This document shows positions 1 to 13,290 of a stretch of DNA of 64,000 nt, piece after piece. Every line of letters begins with the position of its first letter. Within the stretch, counting starts at the first letter, position 1. This DNA comes from Escherichia phage RB69. The notes under the pieces are model-generated. The model was not told where the DNA came from. It did not search any database and saw only the letters and a program-made list of their open reading frames with translations. The position numbers and the translations under genes were made by a program. Location of the stretch: the sequence record NC_004928.1; one strand, 5' to 3'.

Positions 1-280
1 CGGTATTAAAGGACAAGTGACTAGTTTAAATAAACTTATAAGCGGCACTAACCCAAACGGTCAAACCATAGAAGAACGTGGTATATTGCCAACAGTTAAA
101 AACCATGACACATCAATTATGGCTTTAACTACGCGTGTTACCACTTTAGAAACCGACCTTGCTGCAGCAGAAGCAGAAATTCAGGCCCTTAAAGAGGCTG
201 GATATATCGAAGATGCTCCTTCAGACGGTAAATTCTATGTTCGTAAAGATGGTGCTTGGGTTGAACTTCCTACAGCTTAA
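1..280 (+). CDS. wac: Fibritin (whisker), C-terminal end; 5' part lies outside the window
   Basis: ORF 17..280 ends with a foldon-like sequence (GYIEDAPSDGKFYVRKDGAWVELPTA); position immediately upstream of gene 13 as in T4. Confidence 0.85.
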   Translation, partial: GIKGQVTSLNKLISGTNPNGQTIEERGILPTVKNHDTSIMALTTRVTTLETDLAAAEAEIQALKEAGYIEDAPSDGKFYVRKDGAWVELPTA

Positions 281-286
281 TGAAAA

Positions 287-300
287 GGGCCTTCGGGCCC
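287..300 (+). promoter_or_regulatory. Intercistronic UUCG-tetraloop hairpin (GGGCC-UUCG-GGCCC) after wac
   Basis: Perfect inverted repeat around a ttcg loop read directly; no T-run follows, so more likely an RNA stability or processing element than a terminator. Confidence 0.5.
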
Positions 301-312
301 TAAAGGATTTAT

Positions 313-1239
313 ATGTCAGGTTATAATGCACAAAACCCTAAAGAATTAAAGGATGTAATATTACGTCGTTTAGGCGCTCCTATTGTAAATGTTGAATTAA
401 CTACAGACCAAATTTATGATTGTATTTCCAGAGCATTAGAACTTTATGGCGAATACCATTTTGACGGGTTGAATAAAGGTTTCCATGTATTTTTTGTTGA
501 TGACGAAGAAAAATACCGTCACGGCGTATTTGATATGCGTGGTTCTAATGTATTTGCTGTAACAAGAATTATAAGAACAAACGTTGGCTCTATTACTTCA
601 ATGGACGGTAATGCAACTTATCCTTGGTTCACTGATTTCCTTTTAGGAATGGCCGGTGTTTCTGGTGGTATGGGTAGTAATTGTGGTAAATTCTACGGTC
701 CGAACGCTTTTGGTGCCGACCTCGGGTATTATTCTCAATTAGTATCTTATATGGGTATGCTTCAAGATATGATTGCTCCTCTTCCGGATTTTTGGTTTAA
801 CTCTGCAAACGAGCAATTAAAAGTAATGGGTAACTTTAGACAGAAAGATGTCATTATTGTTGAATCATACGTTCGTTCTTATATTGAGACCCATAAGATG
901 GTAGGAAATACAGTAGGTTATGGGCAGGTCGGTCCTCGTGATTCATGGTCTATTTCTGAGCGGTACGACAACCCGGACCATAATTTGGTCGGACGACGAG
1001 TTGGTGAAGATCCTGCAACTAAACAAGGCGCATATAACAACCGCTGGGTTAAAGATTATGCGTCTGCATTAGCTAAAGAGCTTAATGGACAAATTCTTGC
1101 TAAACATCAAGGTATGATGTTACCAGGCGGTGTCACTGTTGATGGTGTTCGATTAATCGAAGAAGCTCGATTAGAGAAAGAAGCTTTACGAGAAGAGTTA
1201 TATTTACTAGACCCTCCTGCAGGTATTTTGGTAGGTTAA
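313..1239 (+). CDS. 13: Neck protein gp13
   Basis: 308 aa ORF; N-terminus [24 protein letters not shown] matches recalled T4 gp13; synteny. Confidence 0.9.
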   Translation: MSGYNAQNPKELKDVILRRLGAPIVNVELTTDQIYDCISRALELYGEYHFDGLNKGFHVFFVDDEEKYRHGVFDMRGSNVFAVTRIIRTNVGSITSMDGNATYPWFTDFLLGMAGVSGGMGSNCGKFYGPNAFGADLGYYSQLVSYMGMLQDMIAPLPDFWFNSANEQLKVMGNFRQKDVIIVESYVRSYIETHKMVGNTVGYGQVGPRDSWSISERYDNPDHNLVGRRVGEDPATKQGAYNNRWVKDYASALAKELNGQILAKHQGMMLPGGVTVDGVRLIEEARLEKEALREELYLLDPPAGILVG

Positions 1240-1240
1240 T

Positions 1241-2005
1241 ATGGCGACTTATGATAAAAATCTTTTCGCCAAACTAGAAAATCGTGGCGGGTATTCTCAG
1301 ACAAATGAGACCGAAATCCTCAATCCATTTGTCAATTTTAATAACTATGAGAATAGTCAGACATTAGCTGATGTTCTAGTGGCAGAAAGCATACAAATGC
1401 GTGGTATTGAATGTTTTTATGTTCCACGTGAATATGTTGCTGTGGATCTTATCTTTGGTGAGGACCTTAAAAATAAATTTACTAAAGCATGGAAATTTGC
1501 TGCGTATCTGAACTCTTTTGAAGGTTATGAAGGAGCGAAATCGTTCTTCAGCAACTTCGGAATGCAAGTTCAAGATGAAGTTACATTATCTATTAACCCA
1601 GGTCTTTTCAAACACCAGGTCAACAATCAAGAGCCTAAGGAAGGTGATTTAATATACTTCCCAATGGACAACAGTTTGTTTGAGATTAACTGGGTTGAAC
1701 CATACGACCCATTCTATCAAGTAGGTAAAAATGCGATTCGTAAAATTACTGCAGGCAAGTTTATTTACTCTGGCGAAGAAATCAATCCGGTGCTTCAGAA
1801 AAATGAAGGTATCAATATACCTGAATTTAGTGACTTGGAACTTAACCCTGTTAGAAATCTTGACGGTATCCATGACATTAATATCGATGAATATTCTGAA
1901 GTTGAGCAAATCAATTCAGAGGCAAGTGAATACGTTGAACCATATGTAGTAGTTAACAACCGCGGTAGACAAAATTCACCATTTGACGATGGGTTTATGA
2001 ATTAA
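1241..2005 (+). CDS. 14: Neck protein gp14
   Basis: 254 aa ORF, size and position as T4 gp14. Confidence 0.88.
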   Translation: MATYDKNLFAKLENRGGYSQTNETEILNPFVNFNNYENSQTLADVLVAESIQMRGIECFYVPREYVAVDLIFGEDLKNKFTKAWKFAAYLNSFEGYEGAKSFFSNFGMQVQDEVTLSINPGLFKHQVNNQEPKEGDLIYFPMDNSLFEINWVEPYDPFYQVGKNAIRKITAGKFIYSGEEINPVLQKNEGINIPEFSDLELNPVRNLDGIHDINIDEYSEVEQINSEASEYVEPYVVVNNRGRQNSPFDDGFMN

Positions 2006-2057
2006 TAAATAAATAAGATAAAGCAAACACCGGTCGAAAGGCCGGTTAGGAGAAATG

Positions 2058-2879
2058 ATGTTTGGTTATTTTTACAACTCGTCGTTCAGGCGATATATCA
2101 CAATGATGGGCGATTTGTTTTCAAATATCCAAGTTAACCGTCAATTGTCTACAGGCAATAAATTAATTAGAGTTCCTATTACGTATGCATCTAAAGAGCA
2201 CTTTATGATGAAACTTAATAAATGGACCTCTATAAACTCGCAAGAAGATGTGGCTAAAGTCGAAACTATTCTACCACGTATAAATCTCCAAATGGTAGAT
2301 TTCGTTTATAACCCAACGTTTAAAACGAATATATTGAATAACTCTCTTTTGAGTAAATCGACTAAGGATATTGTAGACCAATACAACCCATCACCAATTA
2401 AAATGATTTTTGAACTGAGCATCTTTACTCGTTATGAAGATGATATGTTCCAAATCGTTGAGCAAATTATTCCATATTTTCAGCCGCATTTTAATACGAC
2501 TATGATTGAGCAATATGGACAGGATATTCCATTTGAAAGGGATATTAAAGTCGTATGGATGGCAGCAGCAATGGATGAACAAATAGACGGTGATAATTTA
2601 TCTCGTCGACGTTTAGAGTGGTCATTAACATTTGAAGTAAATGGATGGATGTATCCTCCGGTAGGCGCAGCTGAAGGCCTTATTAAAACGACTTATCTTG
2701 ATTTTCATGCTAATGAACGAGACCTTCAAACAGCCGCCAGTGTTTTTGAATCAGTTGATACAGAAATTAAACCGAGAGACGTTGAAGCACAAGATTGGAA
2801 TGGTGAAGTTGAACAAACCTATACTCATGATATTCCAATCCCGACTCCACCAACCCCTCCTGGTCCTAGAAAACAATAA
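2058..2879 (+). CDS. 15: Tail sheath stabiliser / tail completion protein gp15
   Basis: ORF 2055..2879; MFGYFYNSSFRRY start matches recalled T4 gp15, so the second ATG is taken. Confidence 0.9.
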   Translation: MFGYFYNSSFRRYITMMGDLFSNIQVNRQLSTGNKLIRVPITYASKEHFMMKLNKWTSINSQEDVAKVETILPRINLQMVDFVYNPTFKTNILNNSLLSKSTKDIVDQYNPSPIKMIFELSIFTRYEDDMFQIVEQIIPYFQPHFNTTMIEQYGQDIPFERDIKVVWMAAAMDEQIDGDNLSRRRLEWSLTFEVNGWMYPPVGAAEGLIKTTYLDFHANERDLQTAASVFESVDTEIKPRDVEAQDWNGEVEQTYTHDIPIPTPPTPPGPRKQ

Positions 2880-5205
<2,326 letters not shown>

Positions 5206-5232
5206 AAATAAAGCAAATTAAGAGGAATTAAA

Positions 5233-7215
5233 ATGGCACTTCTCTCTCCGGGCGTTGAGCTCAAAGAAACTACCGTACAGAGTACGGTAGTTAATAACTC
5301 CACTGGTACTGCTGCCCTGGCTGGAAAATTCCAATGGGGACCTGCATTCCAGATTAAACAAATCACCGATGAAGTTGCGTTGGTTGATATGTTTGGTACT
5401 CCTAACACAGACACCGCAGATTATTTCATGTCTGCTATGAACTTCCTTCAATATGGTAATGACCTTCGTGTTGTACGCGCTGTTGATCGTGATACTGCTA
5501 AGAACTCATCTCCTGTGGCAGGAAACATTAATTTTACTATTTCTTCGGCTGGCACCAACTACAGAGTTGGTGATAAAGTTGTAGTTAAATATTCTACAGA
5601 TATTATCGAACCAGACGGTGAAGTTACTTCAGTTGATTCTGACGGTAAAATTTTGAATATCTTTATTCCTTCAGGTAAAATTATCGCTAAAGCTAAAGAA
5701 ATCGGCGAATATCCTGAATTAGGTTCAAACTGGACTGCCGAAATGTCTGGGTCTTCTTCTGGTCTGTCTGCAGTAATTACTATTGATTCCGTTGTAATGG
5801 ATTCTGGTATTCTGTTGACTGAAGTTGAAACTTCAGAAGAAGCTATTACTTCTCTAACTTTCCAAGAATCTATTAAAAAATATGGTGTCCCGGGTGTAGT
5901 TGCTCTTTATCCAGGTGAACTTGGAGACCAGCTCGAAATTGAAATCGTATCTAAAGCAGACTATGACAAAGGTGCTTCAGCCCAGTTAAAAATTTATCCT
6001 GATGGTGGCACTCGTTATTCTACTGCTAAAGCAATCTTTGGGTACGGTCCGCAGACTGATGACCAATATGCAATTATCGTTCGTCGCAACGACTCGGTAG
6101 TCCAGAGCGTAGTTCTTTCTACTAAACGTGGTGAACGAGATATTTATGGTAGCAATATCTTCATTGATGATTTCTTTGCTAAAGGCGCAAGCAATTATAT
6201 TTTCGCTACGGCACAAGGTTGGCCAAAAGGTTTCTCTGGCGTAATCAAACTGAATGGTGGCTTATCATCTAATGAAACGGTTGAAGCCGGTGATTTAATG
6301 GAAGCTTGGGATTTGTTTGCTGACCGTGAATCGGTTAATGCACAGTTGTTTATTGCTGGTTCTTGTGCTGGTGAATCTTTAGAAGTTGCTTCTACAGTTC
6401 AGAAACATGTTGTAGCAATTGGTGATTCTCGTCAAGATTGCTTGGTTCTTTGCTCGCCTCCACGTGCAGCTGTAGTTGGTATTCCTGTTAATCGTGCAGT
6501 TGATAATCTGGTTGATTGGCGTACAGCGTCAGGAACTTACACTGATAATAACTTTAATATAAGTTCTACTTATGCTGCTATTGATGGTAACTATAAATAT
6601 CAATATGACAAATATAACGATGTGAATCGTTGGGTTCCATTAGCTGCTGATATCGCCGGTCTTTGTGCTCGAACAGACAATATTTCTCAGCCTTGGATGT
6701 CTCCAGCCGGTTATAACCGTGGTCAAATTCTTAACGTTATTAAGCTTGCAATTGAAACTCGTCAAGCACAAAGAGATCGTTTGTATCAGGAAGCTATTAA
6801 CCCTGTTACTGGTACCGGTGGTGATGGATATGTTCTGTATGGTGATAAAACTGCCACTTCTGTTCCTTCGCCATTTGACCGTATTAACGTACGTCGTTTG
6901 TTTAACATGGTTAAAACGAACATTGGTTCGGCATCCAAATATCGCCTATTTGAATTGAACAACGCATTTACCCGTTCTTCTTTCCGTACAGAGACTTCTC
7001 AATATCTACAGGGTATTAAAGCTCTTGGTGGTGTATATAACTTTAAAGTTGTTTGTGATACTACCAATAACACCCCAGCAGTTATCGACCGTAATGAATT
7101 TGTAGCTACTTTCTACTTACAACCTGCCCGCTCGATAAATTATATTACGTTGAACTTTGTAGCAACAGCAACTGGCGCTGATTTCGACGAACTGATTGGT
7201 GCTGTAGGTGGCTAA
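5233..7215 (+). CDS. 18: Tail sheath protein gp18
   Basis: 660 aa; long identical stretches to recalled T4 gp18. Confidence 0.95.
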   Translation: MALLSPGVELKETTVQSTVVNNSTGTAALAGKFQWGPAFQIKQITDEVALVDMFGTPNTDTADYFMSAMNFLQYGNDLRVVRAVDRDTAKNSSPVAGNINFTISSAGTNYRVGDKVVVKYSTDIIEPDGEVTSVDSDGKILNIFIPSGKIIAKAKEIGEYPELGSNWTAEMSGSSSGLSAVITIDSVVMDSGILLTEVETSEEAITSLTFQESIKKYGVPGVVALYPGELGDQLEIEIVSKADYDKGASAQLKIYPDGGTRYSTAKAIFGYGPQTDDQYAIIVRRNDSVVQSVVLSTKRGERDIYGSNIFIDDFFAKGASNYIFATAQGWPKGFSGVIKLNGGLSSNETVEAGDLMEAWDLFADRESVNAQLFIAGSCAGESLEVASTVQKHVVAIGDSRQDCLVLCSPPRAAVVGIPVNRAVDNLVDWRTASGTYTDNNFNISSTYAAIDGNYKYQYDKYNDVNRWVPLAADIAGLCARTDNISQPWMSPAGYNRGQILNVIKLAIETRQAQRDRLYQEAINPVTGTGGDGYVLYGDKTATSVPSPFDRINVRRLFNMVKTNIGSASKYRLFELNNAFTRSSFRTETSQYLQGIKALGGVYNFKVVCDTTNNTPAVIDRNEFVATFYLQPARSINYITLNFVATATGADFDELIGAVGG

Positions 7216-7226
7216 TAAGACGCCTG

Positions 7227-7255
7227 ATGGGCTATTTCGGTAGCCCATATAAATA
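7227..7255 (+). promoter_or_regulatory. Hairpin (ATGGGCTA-tttcgg-TAGCCCAT) followed by late promoter TATAAATA (7248-7255) upstream of gene 19
   Basis: Inverted repeat and exact TATAAATA read directly. Confidence 0.55.
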
Positions 7256-7327
7256 TACTATATCGTTTAAAAATTAATTCTATGGGCATCCGGTTAATCC
7301 TAAGCCCATATTACTACAGAGGCTAAT

Positions 7328-7819
7328 ATGTTTGTAGATGACGTAACTCGTGCCTTCGAATCTGGTGATTTCGCTCGCCCTAACCTGTTCGAAGTAGAAA
7401 TCTCTTATCTTGGGCAAAACTTTAGCTTCCAGTGTCGTGCTACTGCTCTTCCTGCTGCGATCGTTGAAAAGGTTCCTGTTTCTTATATGAACCGTAAAAT
7501 TAACGTGGCCGGTGACCGTACATTCGATGATTGGACTATTACAGTAATGAACGACGATGCTCATAGTATTCGTCAGAAATTCGTTGATTGGCAAGGTATT
7601 GCAGCAGGACAAGGTAATGAAATTACCGGTGGTAAACCTGCTGAATATAAAAAGTCTGCTATCGTTCGTCAATTTGCTCGTGATGCTAAAACTGTCACTA
7701 AAGAAGTTGAAATTGTTGGCTTGTGGCCTACTAACGTTGGCGAAGTATCTCTTGACTGGGACAGCAATAACGAGATTGAAACGTTCGAAGTAACTCTTGC
7801 TCTTGATTGGTGGGAATAA
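7328..7819 (+). CDS. 19: Tail tube protein gp19
   Basis: 163 aa, same length as T4 gp19; synteny after gene 18. Confidence 0.93.
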   Translation: MFVDDVTRAFESGDFARPNLFEVEISYLGQNFSFQCRATALPAAIVEKVPVSYMNRKINVAGDRTFDDWTITVMNDDAHSIRQKFVDWQGIAAGQGNEITGGKPAEYKKSAIVRQFARDAKTVTKEVEIVGLWPTNVGEVSLDWDSNNEIETFEVTLALDWWE

Positions 7820-7826
7820 TCTGGTT

Positions 7827-7875
7827 GGGGAGAAATCCCCAGCTTCCCGTGATGACGGAGAAGTCCATATAAATA
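7827..7875 (+). promoter_or_regulatory. Hairpin GGGGA-gaaa-TCCCC (7827-7840) and late promoter TATAAATA (7868-7875) upstream of gene 20
   Basis: Read directly; TATAAATA lies about 28 nt upstream of the gene 20 ATG. Confidence 0.6.
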
Positions 7876-7903
7876 TAACTATAATTCCCATTTGGAGAAT
7901 ACA

Positions 7904-9475
7904 ATGAAATTTAATATCTTAAGTTTGTTTGCTCCATGGGCAAAAATGGACGAACGTGATTACAAAGACCAAGAAAAAGAAAATTTAGAATCGATCACCT
8001 CACCAAAATTAGACGACGGCGCTAAAGAATACGAAGTATCTGAAAATGAAGCACAGCAAACATATAATGCTATGTTTCAGAGAATGTTCGGTAGCCAAGA
8101 ACCAGGGCTCAAATCAACGCGTGAATTAATCGATACGTATCGAAATTTGATGACGAACTATGAAGTGGATAATGCAGTCTCTGAAATAGTTTCCGATGCT
8201 ATCGTATATGAAGATGATACAGAAGTCGTTTCTATAAATTTAGACAACACAAAATTTAGTCCAAATATCAAATCAATGATGTTGGATGAATTTAACGAAG
8301 TGTTAAATCATTTATCTTTCCAACGTAAAGGTTCAGATCATTTTAGACGTTGGTATGTGGATTCTCGAATTTTCTTCCATAAAATTATTGACCCTAAACG
8401 CCCTAAAGAAGGTATTAAAGAGCTTCGTCGTTTAGACCCACGTCAAGTTCAATATGTCCGTGAAGTTATTACAACCACTGAAGCCGGTGTTAAAATAGTC
8501 AAGGGTTATAAAGAATATTTCATTTATGACACATCACACGAATCTTATGCTTGTGATGGTCGCATATATGAAGCTGGCACAAAAATAAAAATCCCTAAAG
8601 CCGCGATTGTTTATGCCCATTCTGGTTTAGTTGATTGTTGTGGTAAAAATATCATTGGTTATTTGCATCGGGCTATTAAGCCGGCGAACCAATTAAAACT
8701 TCTTGAAGATGCCGTCGTAATTTATCGTATTACTCGTGCTCCTGATCGTCGTGTATGGTATGTTGATACAGGTAATATGCCTTCAAGAAAAGCAGCAGAA
8801 CATATGCAACATGTTATGAATACGATGAAAAACCGTATTGCATATGATGCTACCACAGGCAAGATTAAAAACCAACAGCATATTATGTCGATGACCGAAG
8901 ATTATTGGTTACAACGACGTGATGGTAAAGCAGTAACAGAAGTTGATACATTACCAGGTGCAGATAATACTGGAAATATGGAAGATGTACGTTGGTTCCG
9001 TAATGCGCTTTATATGGCTTTACGTATTCCTATTACCCGTATTCCAAGTGACCAAGGTGGTATACAGTTTGATGCTGGTACTTCTATTACACGAGATGAA
9101 TTGTCATTTGGTAAATTTATTCGTGAGCTGCAACATAAATTTGAAGAGATATTCCTAGACCCGCTTAAAACTAATTTAATTCTTAAAGGAATTATTACAG
9201 AAGATGAGTGGAACGATGAAATAAATAATATTAAGATAAAATTTCATCGGGATAGTTATTTCTCGGAATTAAAGGATGCTGAGATTCTGGAGCGTCGAAT
9301 TAATATGCTTCAGATGGCCGAACCATTTATTGGTAAATATATTTCTCACAGAACAGCTATGAAAGATATTCTTCAGATGTCTGACGAGGAAATTGAACAA
9401 GAGGCTAAGCAAATTGAAGAAGAGTCGAAAGAGGCTCGTTTCCAAGACCCCGACCAAGAACAAGAGGATTTTTAA
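7904..9475 (+). CDS. 20: Portal vertex protein gp20
   Basis: ORF 7892..9475; T4 gp20 begins MKFN, and the first ATG sits inside the GGAGAA Shine-Dalgarno, so start set to 7904; C-terminus identical to recalled T4. Confidence 0.93.
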   Translation: MKFNILSLFAPWAKMDERDYKDQEKENLESITSPKLDDGAKEYEVSENEAQQTYNAMFQRMFGSQEPGLKSTRELIDTYRNLMTNYEVDNAVSEIVSDAIVYEDDTEVVSINLDNTKFSPNIKSMMLDEFNEVLNHLSFQRKGSDHFRRWYVDSRIFFHKIIDPKRPKEGIKELRRLDPRQVQYVREVITTTEAGVKIVKGYKEYFIYDTSHESYACDGRIYEAGTKIKIPKAAIVYAHSGLVDCCGKNIIGYLHRAIKPANQLKLLEDAVVIYRITRAPDRRVWYVDTGNMPSRKAAEHMQHVMNTMKNRIAYDATTGKIKNQQHIMSMTEDYWLQRRDGKAVTEVDTLPGADNTGNMEDVRWFRNALYMALRIPITRIPSDQGGIQFDAGTSITRDELSFGKFIRELQHKFEEIFLDPLKTNLILKGIITEDEWNDEINNIKIKFHRDSYFSELKDAEILERRINMLQMAEPFIGKYISHRTAMKDILQMSDEEIEQEAKQIEEESKEARFQDPDQEQEDF

Positions 9476-9711
9476 TGGACGATTTAATTCAAGCTATTAA
9501 ATCAAACGACCTCGTTGCTACTCGAAAGTTTTTTGAAAGTGCAATGGCAGAAAAAACGGTTCGTTTGATTGAAGCACGCAAAGCAGAAATCGCTTCTCAA
9601 TTTTTGATTGAAGGCGAAGAACCTGAAGAAGAAAAGAAAGCTAAAGCTTCGGAAGACGACGCTGATGAAGGCGATGACGACGAAGACGAAGATGATGAGG
9701 ACGATGAATAA
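9475..9711 (+). CDS. 67: Prohead core protein gp67 (acidic C-terminus)
   Basis: 78 aa with a DE-rich tail; position between 20 and 68. Confidence 0.85.
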   Translation: MDDLIQAIKSNDLVATRKFFESAMAEKTVRLIEARKAEIASQFLIEGEEPEEEKKAKASEDDADEGDDDEDEDDEDDE

Positions 9712-10136
9712 TGTATCTTATCCCTGAATCTTATGAATTGGTACTCGAAAATGTCGAAGCACTTATTCCTGAAGCACAGGGCCGAATCGATGCATTGTCT
9801 TCTGCTCTCGATATTGACGATATAAATACTATTATCGAGAACATGCTTGAAACTGAAACGGATTTAGCTGTTGCAATGGCTTCCATTATTAATGAAGAAC
9901 AGTTAAATGAGTTTATCGTTAAACATGTTTCTTCTCGTGGTGAAGTCACCCGCACTAAAGACCGTAAAACTCGTGAACGTAACGCGTTCCAAACAACCGG
10001 TCTTTCTAAAGCAAAACGTAGACAAATCGCTCGTAAGGTCGTTAAAGCTAAAAAAGCTAACCCTTCAGGCCAAGTTAAAGGCTTGCGTAAGCGTAAAAAG
10101 GCTCTTAAACGTCGTAAAGCATTAGGATTAAGCTAA
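9711..10136 (+). CDS. 68: Prohead core protein gp68
   Basis: 141 aa, same length and position as T4 gp68. Confidence 0.85.
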   Translation: MYLIPESYELVLENVEALIPEAQGRIDALSSALDIDDINTIIENMLETETDLAVAMASIINEEQLNEFIVKHVSSRGEVTRTKDRKTRERNAFQTTGLSKAKRRQIARKVVKAKKANPSGQVKGLRKRKKALKRRKALGLS

Positions 10137-10777
10137 TGAATAAACCCGAGTTACTTATTGAAACTTGGGGTCAACCCGGTGAGATTATTGATGGCGTTCC
10201 AATGTTGGAATCTCATGATGGAAAAGATTCTGGCTTAAAACCAGGGCTTTATATAGAAGGTATTTTTCTTCAGGCAGAGGTTGTTAACCGAAATAAACGT
10301 TTATATCCTAAACGCGTTTTGGAAAAAGCAGTAAGTGACTATATTAAAGAACAAGTCGCAACCAAACAAGCCCTTGGAGAATTAAACCATCCACCTCGCG
10401 CAAATGTTGACCCTATGCAAGCCGCTATCATTATTGAAGATATGTGGTGGAAAGGAAACGATGTATATGGACGCGCTAGAATTATTGAAGGCGACCATGG
10501 TCCCGGCGATAAATTAGCTGCTAATATACGAGCTGGTTGGATTCCAGGTGTTTCCTCTCGTGGTCTTGGTTCTTTAACCGACACCAATAAAGGGTACCGT
10601 ATCGTGAACGAAGGATTTAAATTAACCGTCGGCGTAGATGCCGTATGGGGACCTTCTGCTCCAGATGCTTGGGTTACTCCTAAACAAATATCAGAATCAG
10701 AAAATTCGGTGGAAATCACCAAAAACAGTGCTGACGAAGCATTTAAAGCTCTCGCAGAGAGTTTAAAAGCATTATAA
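10136..10777 (+). CDS. 21: Prohead core protease gp21
   Basis: 213 aa; near-identical to recalled T4 gp21 (LLIETWGQPGEIIDGVPMLESHDGKD...). Confidence 0.95.
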   Translation: MNKPELLIETWGQPGEIIDGVPMLESHDGKDSGLKPGLYIEGIFLQAEVVNRNKRLYPKRVLEKAVSDYIKEQVATKQALGELNHPPRANVDPMQAAIIIEDMWWKGNDVYGRARIIEGDHGPGDKLAANIRAGWIPGVSSRGLGSLTDTNKGYRIVNEGFKLTVGVDAVWGPSAPDAWVTPKQISESENSVEITKNSADEAFKALAESLKAL

Positions 10778-10780
10778 ATA
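10773..10780 (+). promoter_or_regulatory. Late promoter TATAAATA upstream of gene 22
   Basis: Exact TATAAATA overlapping the gene 21 stop, about 30 nt upstream of the gene 22 ATG. Confidence 0.6.
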
Positions 10781-10810
10781 ATAATGTAATCTAAACCACA
10801 GGACACTAAA

Positions 10811-11623
10811 ATGATCAAAAGAACAATTTTGAAAGAAGCTCAGAATATCGAGACTTCAGTTGCTCTTAATAGTGTTTTCGAATCAGTAGAACTGTCTCCG
10901 GACGTTAAAGCTAATTTCAGCACTGTATTCGAAGCCACCGTTAAGCAGGAAGCAGTCAAACTGGCTGAATCTCATATCAAAGCCATCGCCGAAAAAGCCG
11001 AAGAAGAAGTTGAAAAGGCTAAAGAAGATGCTGAAGAGAAAGCTGATAAAAAATTGGCTGAACAAGCTTCTAAATTCCTGGACCATCTTGCAAAAGAATG
11101 GCTCGCAGAAAACCAAATCGCAGTTGATAAAGGCATTAAAGCTGATTTGTTCGAATCCATGCTTGGTGGTCTGAAAGAACTGTTTGTTGAACATAACGTT
11201 GTTGTTCCAGAAGAATCTGTAGATGTTGTAGCAGAAATGGAAGAAGAGCTGGCCGAACATAAAGAAGAAACCGCTCGTTTGTTCGAAGAAGTTACCAAAC
11301 GTGATGCATATATCAATTACGTTCAGCGTGAAACCGCTATTAATGAAAGCGTGAAAGACCTGACTGAATCTCAGAAAGAAAAAGTTATTGGCCTGGTTGA
11401 AGGTATGGATTATTCTGACGCATTTGGTACTAAGTTAACTGCTATTGTAGAAATGGTTAAAGGTTCTACTAAAGAAGAAGCCGCTATTACCGAAAGTATA
11501 AATACAGTTGACAATGACGCTGCCGGTCTTAATTTTGTTGCCGAAGCAGTTGACACTACCACAACTCAGGTAGAACAGAATTCTAATGTAAGTTTATATG
11601 CGAAAGTCGCATCTCGTTTCTAA
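10811..11623 (+). CDS. 22: Prohead core scaffold protein gp22
   Basis: 270 aa, acidic and coiled-coil rich; synteny. Confidence 0.9.
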   Translation: MIKRTILKEAQNIETSVALNSVFESVELSPDVKANFSTVFEATVKQEAVKLAESHIKAIAEKAEEEVEKAKEDAEEKADKKLAEQASKFLDHLAKEWLAENQIAVDKGIKADLFESMLGGLKELFVEHNVVVPEESVDVVAEMEEELAEHKEETARLFEEVTKRDAYINYVQRETAINESVKDLTESQKEKVIGLVEGMDYSDAFGTKLTAIVEMVKGSTKEEAAITESINTVDNDAAGLNFVAEAVDTTTTQVEQNSNVSLYAKVASRF

Positions 11624-11640
11624 TTTAAAGGTTAACACAA

Positions 11641-13209
11641 ATGACTACTATCAAAACTAAAGCTCAGCTCGTAGACAAATGGAAAGAACTGCTGGAAGGT
11701 GAAGGCCTGCCGGAAATCGCTAATAGCAAGCAGGCTATTATCGCTAAAATCTTCGAAAACCAGGAAAAAGATTTCGAAGTATCCCCTGAATATAAAGACG
11801 AGAAAATCGCTCAGGCATTTGGTTCTTTCTTGACCGAAGCTGAAATTGGTGGTGACCACGGTTATAATGCTCAGAACATCGCAGCAGGTCAAACCTCTGG
11901 TGCAGTAACCCAGATTGGGCCGGCAGTTATGGGTATGGTTCGTCGTGCTATTCCTAATCTGATCGCTTTTGATATTTGTGGTGTTCAGCCTATGAACAGC
12001 CCTACCGGTCAGGTATTTGCTCTCCGTGCAGTATATGGTAAAGACCCTATCGCTGCTGGCGCTAAAGAAGCTTTCCATCCGATGTATGCTCCGGATGCAA
12101 TGTTCTCTGGTCAGGGCGCTGCTAAGAAATTCCCAGCGCTGGCTGCTAGCACACAAACTAAAGTAGGTGATATCTATACTCACTTCTTCCAGGAAACTGG
12201 TACTGTATATCTGCAAGCTTCTGCTCAAGTAACAATTAGTTCAAGTGCTGATGATGCAGCTAAATTAGATGCAGAAATTATCAAACAAATGGAAGCTGGC
12301 GCACTGGTAGAAATCGCTGAAGGTATGGCTACTTCTATCGCTGAACTTCAGGAAGGCTTCAATGGTTCTACCGACAACCCGTGGAACGAAATGGGCTTCC
12401 GTATCGACAAACAAGTTATTGAAGCTAAATCTCGTCAGCTGAAAGCAGCTTACTCCATCGAATTGGCACAAGACCTCCGTGCAGTACACGGTATGGATGC
12501 TGATGCTGAACTGAGCGGTATTCTTGCTACTGAAATTATGCTGGAAATCAACCGTGAAGTTGTTGACTGGATTAACTACTCCGCTCAGGTTGGTAAATCT
12601 GGTATGACTAATATCGTTGGTTCTAAAGCTGGTGTATTTGACTTCCAAGACCCGATTGATATTCGTGGTGCTCGTTGGGCCGGTGAAAGCTTTAAAGCTC
12701 TGTTGTTCCAGATTGATAAAGAAGCAGTTGAAATTGCTCGTCAAACCGGTCGTGGTGAAGGCAACTTTATTATCGCTTCCCGTAACGTAGTTAACGTACT
12801 GGCATCAGTCGATACTGGTATTTCTTACGCTGCACAGGGTCTGGCTTCTGGTTTTAATACCGACACTACTAAGTCTGTATTTGCCGGTGTACTTGGTGGT
12901 AAATACCGCGTATACATCGACCAGTATGCTAAACAGGATTACTTCACTGTTGGTTATAAAGGCGCTAACGAAATGGATGCAGGTATTTACTACGCTCCTT
13001 ACGTTGCACTTACCCCACTGCGTGGTTCCGATCCTAAGAACTTCCAGCCGGTAATGGGCTTTAAAACTCGTTATGGTATCGGTGTTAACCCGTTTGCTGA
13101 AAGTTCCCTGCAGGCTCCAGGTGCTCGCATCCAGTCCGGTATGCCGTCTATCCTGAACAGCCTTGGTAAGAACGCTTACTTCCGCCGTGTATATGTAAAA
13201 GGCATCTAA
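11641..13209 (+). CDS. 23: Major capsid protein gp23
   Basis: 522 aa; synteny and size as T4 gp23. Confidence 0.97.
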   Translation: MTTIKTKAQLVDKWKELLEGEGLPEIANSKQAIIAKIFENQEKDFEVSPEYKDEKIAQAFGSFLTEAEIGGDHGYNAQNIAAGQTSGAVTQIGPAVMGMVRRAIPNLIAFDICGVQPMNSPTGQVFALRAVYGKDPIAAGAKEAFHPMYAPDAMFSGQGAAKKFPALAASTQTKVGDIYTHFFQETGTVYLQASAQVTISSSADDAAKLDAEIIKQMEAGALVEIAEGMATSIAELQEGFNGSTDNPWNEMGFRIDKQVIEAKSRQLKAAYSIELAQDLRAVHGMDADAELSGILATEIMLEINREVVDWINYSAQVGKSGMTNIVGSKAGVFDFQDPIDIRGARWAGESFKALLFQIDKEAVEIARQTGRGEGNFIIASRNVVNVLASVDTGISYAAQGLASGFNTDTTKSVFAGVLGGKYRVYIDQYAKQDYFTVGYKGANEMDAGIYYAPYVALTPLRGSDPKNFQPVMGFKTRYGIGVNPFAESSLQAPGARIQSGMPSILNSLGKNAYFRRVYVKGI

Positions 13210-13233
13210 TCTTAATTGATTAAATCTTATTTT

Positions 13234-13258
13234 GGGAGACTTCGGTCTCCCATTTTTG
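13234..13258 (+). terminator. Rho-independent terminator after gene 23 (GGGAGAC-UUCG-GUCUCCC plus U-run)
   Basis: Perfect 7-bp stem, ttcg loop, then atttttgg. Confidence 0.8.
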
Positions 13259-13290
13259 GTTTTATTTCTGCGCAATTTCGATGTAAGTTT

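Noticed and set aside
7280-7891. 203-aa minus-strand ORF covering all of gene 19
   Set aside because: Fully antisense to the conserved tail tube gene, with no SD or promoter context; open by chance on the opposite strand of a constrained gene
10339-12744. Several 100-200-aa minus-strand ORFs (10339..10818, 10883..11260, 10972..11316, 11632..12228, 12265..12744) inside genes 21, 22 and 23
   Set aside because: All are antisense or frame-overlapping with essential late genes, have low-complexity composition and lack translation signals
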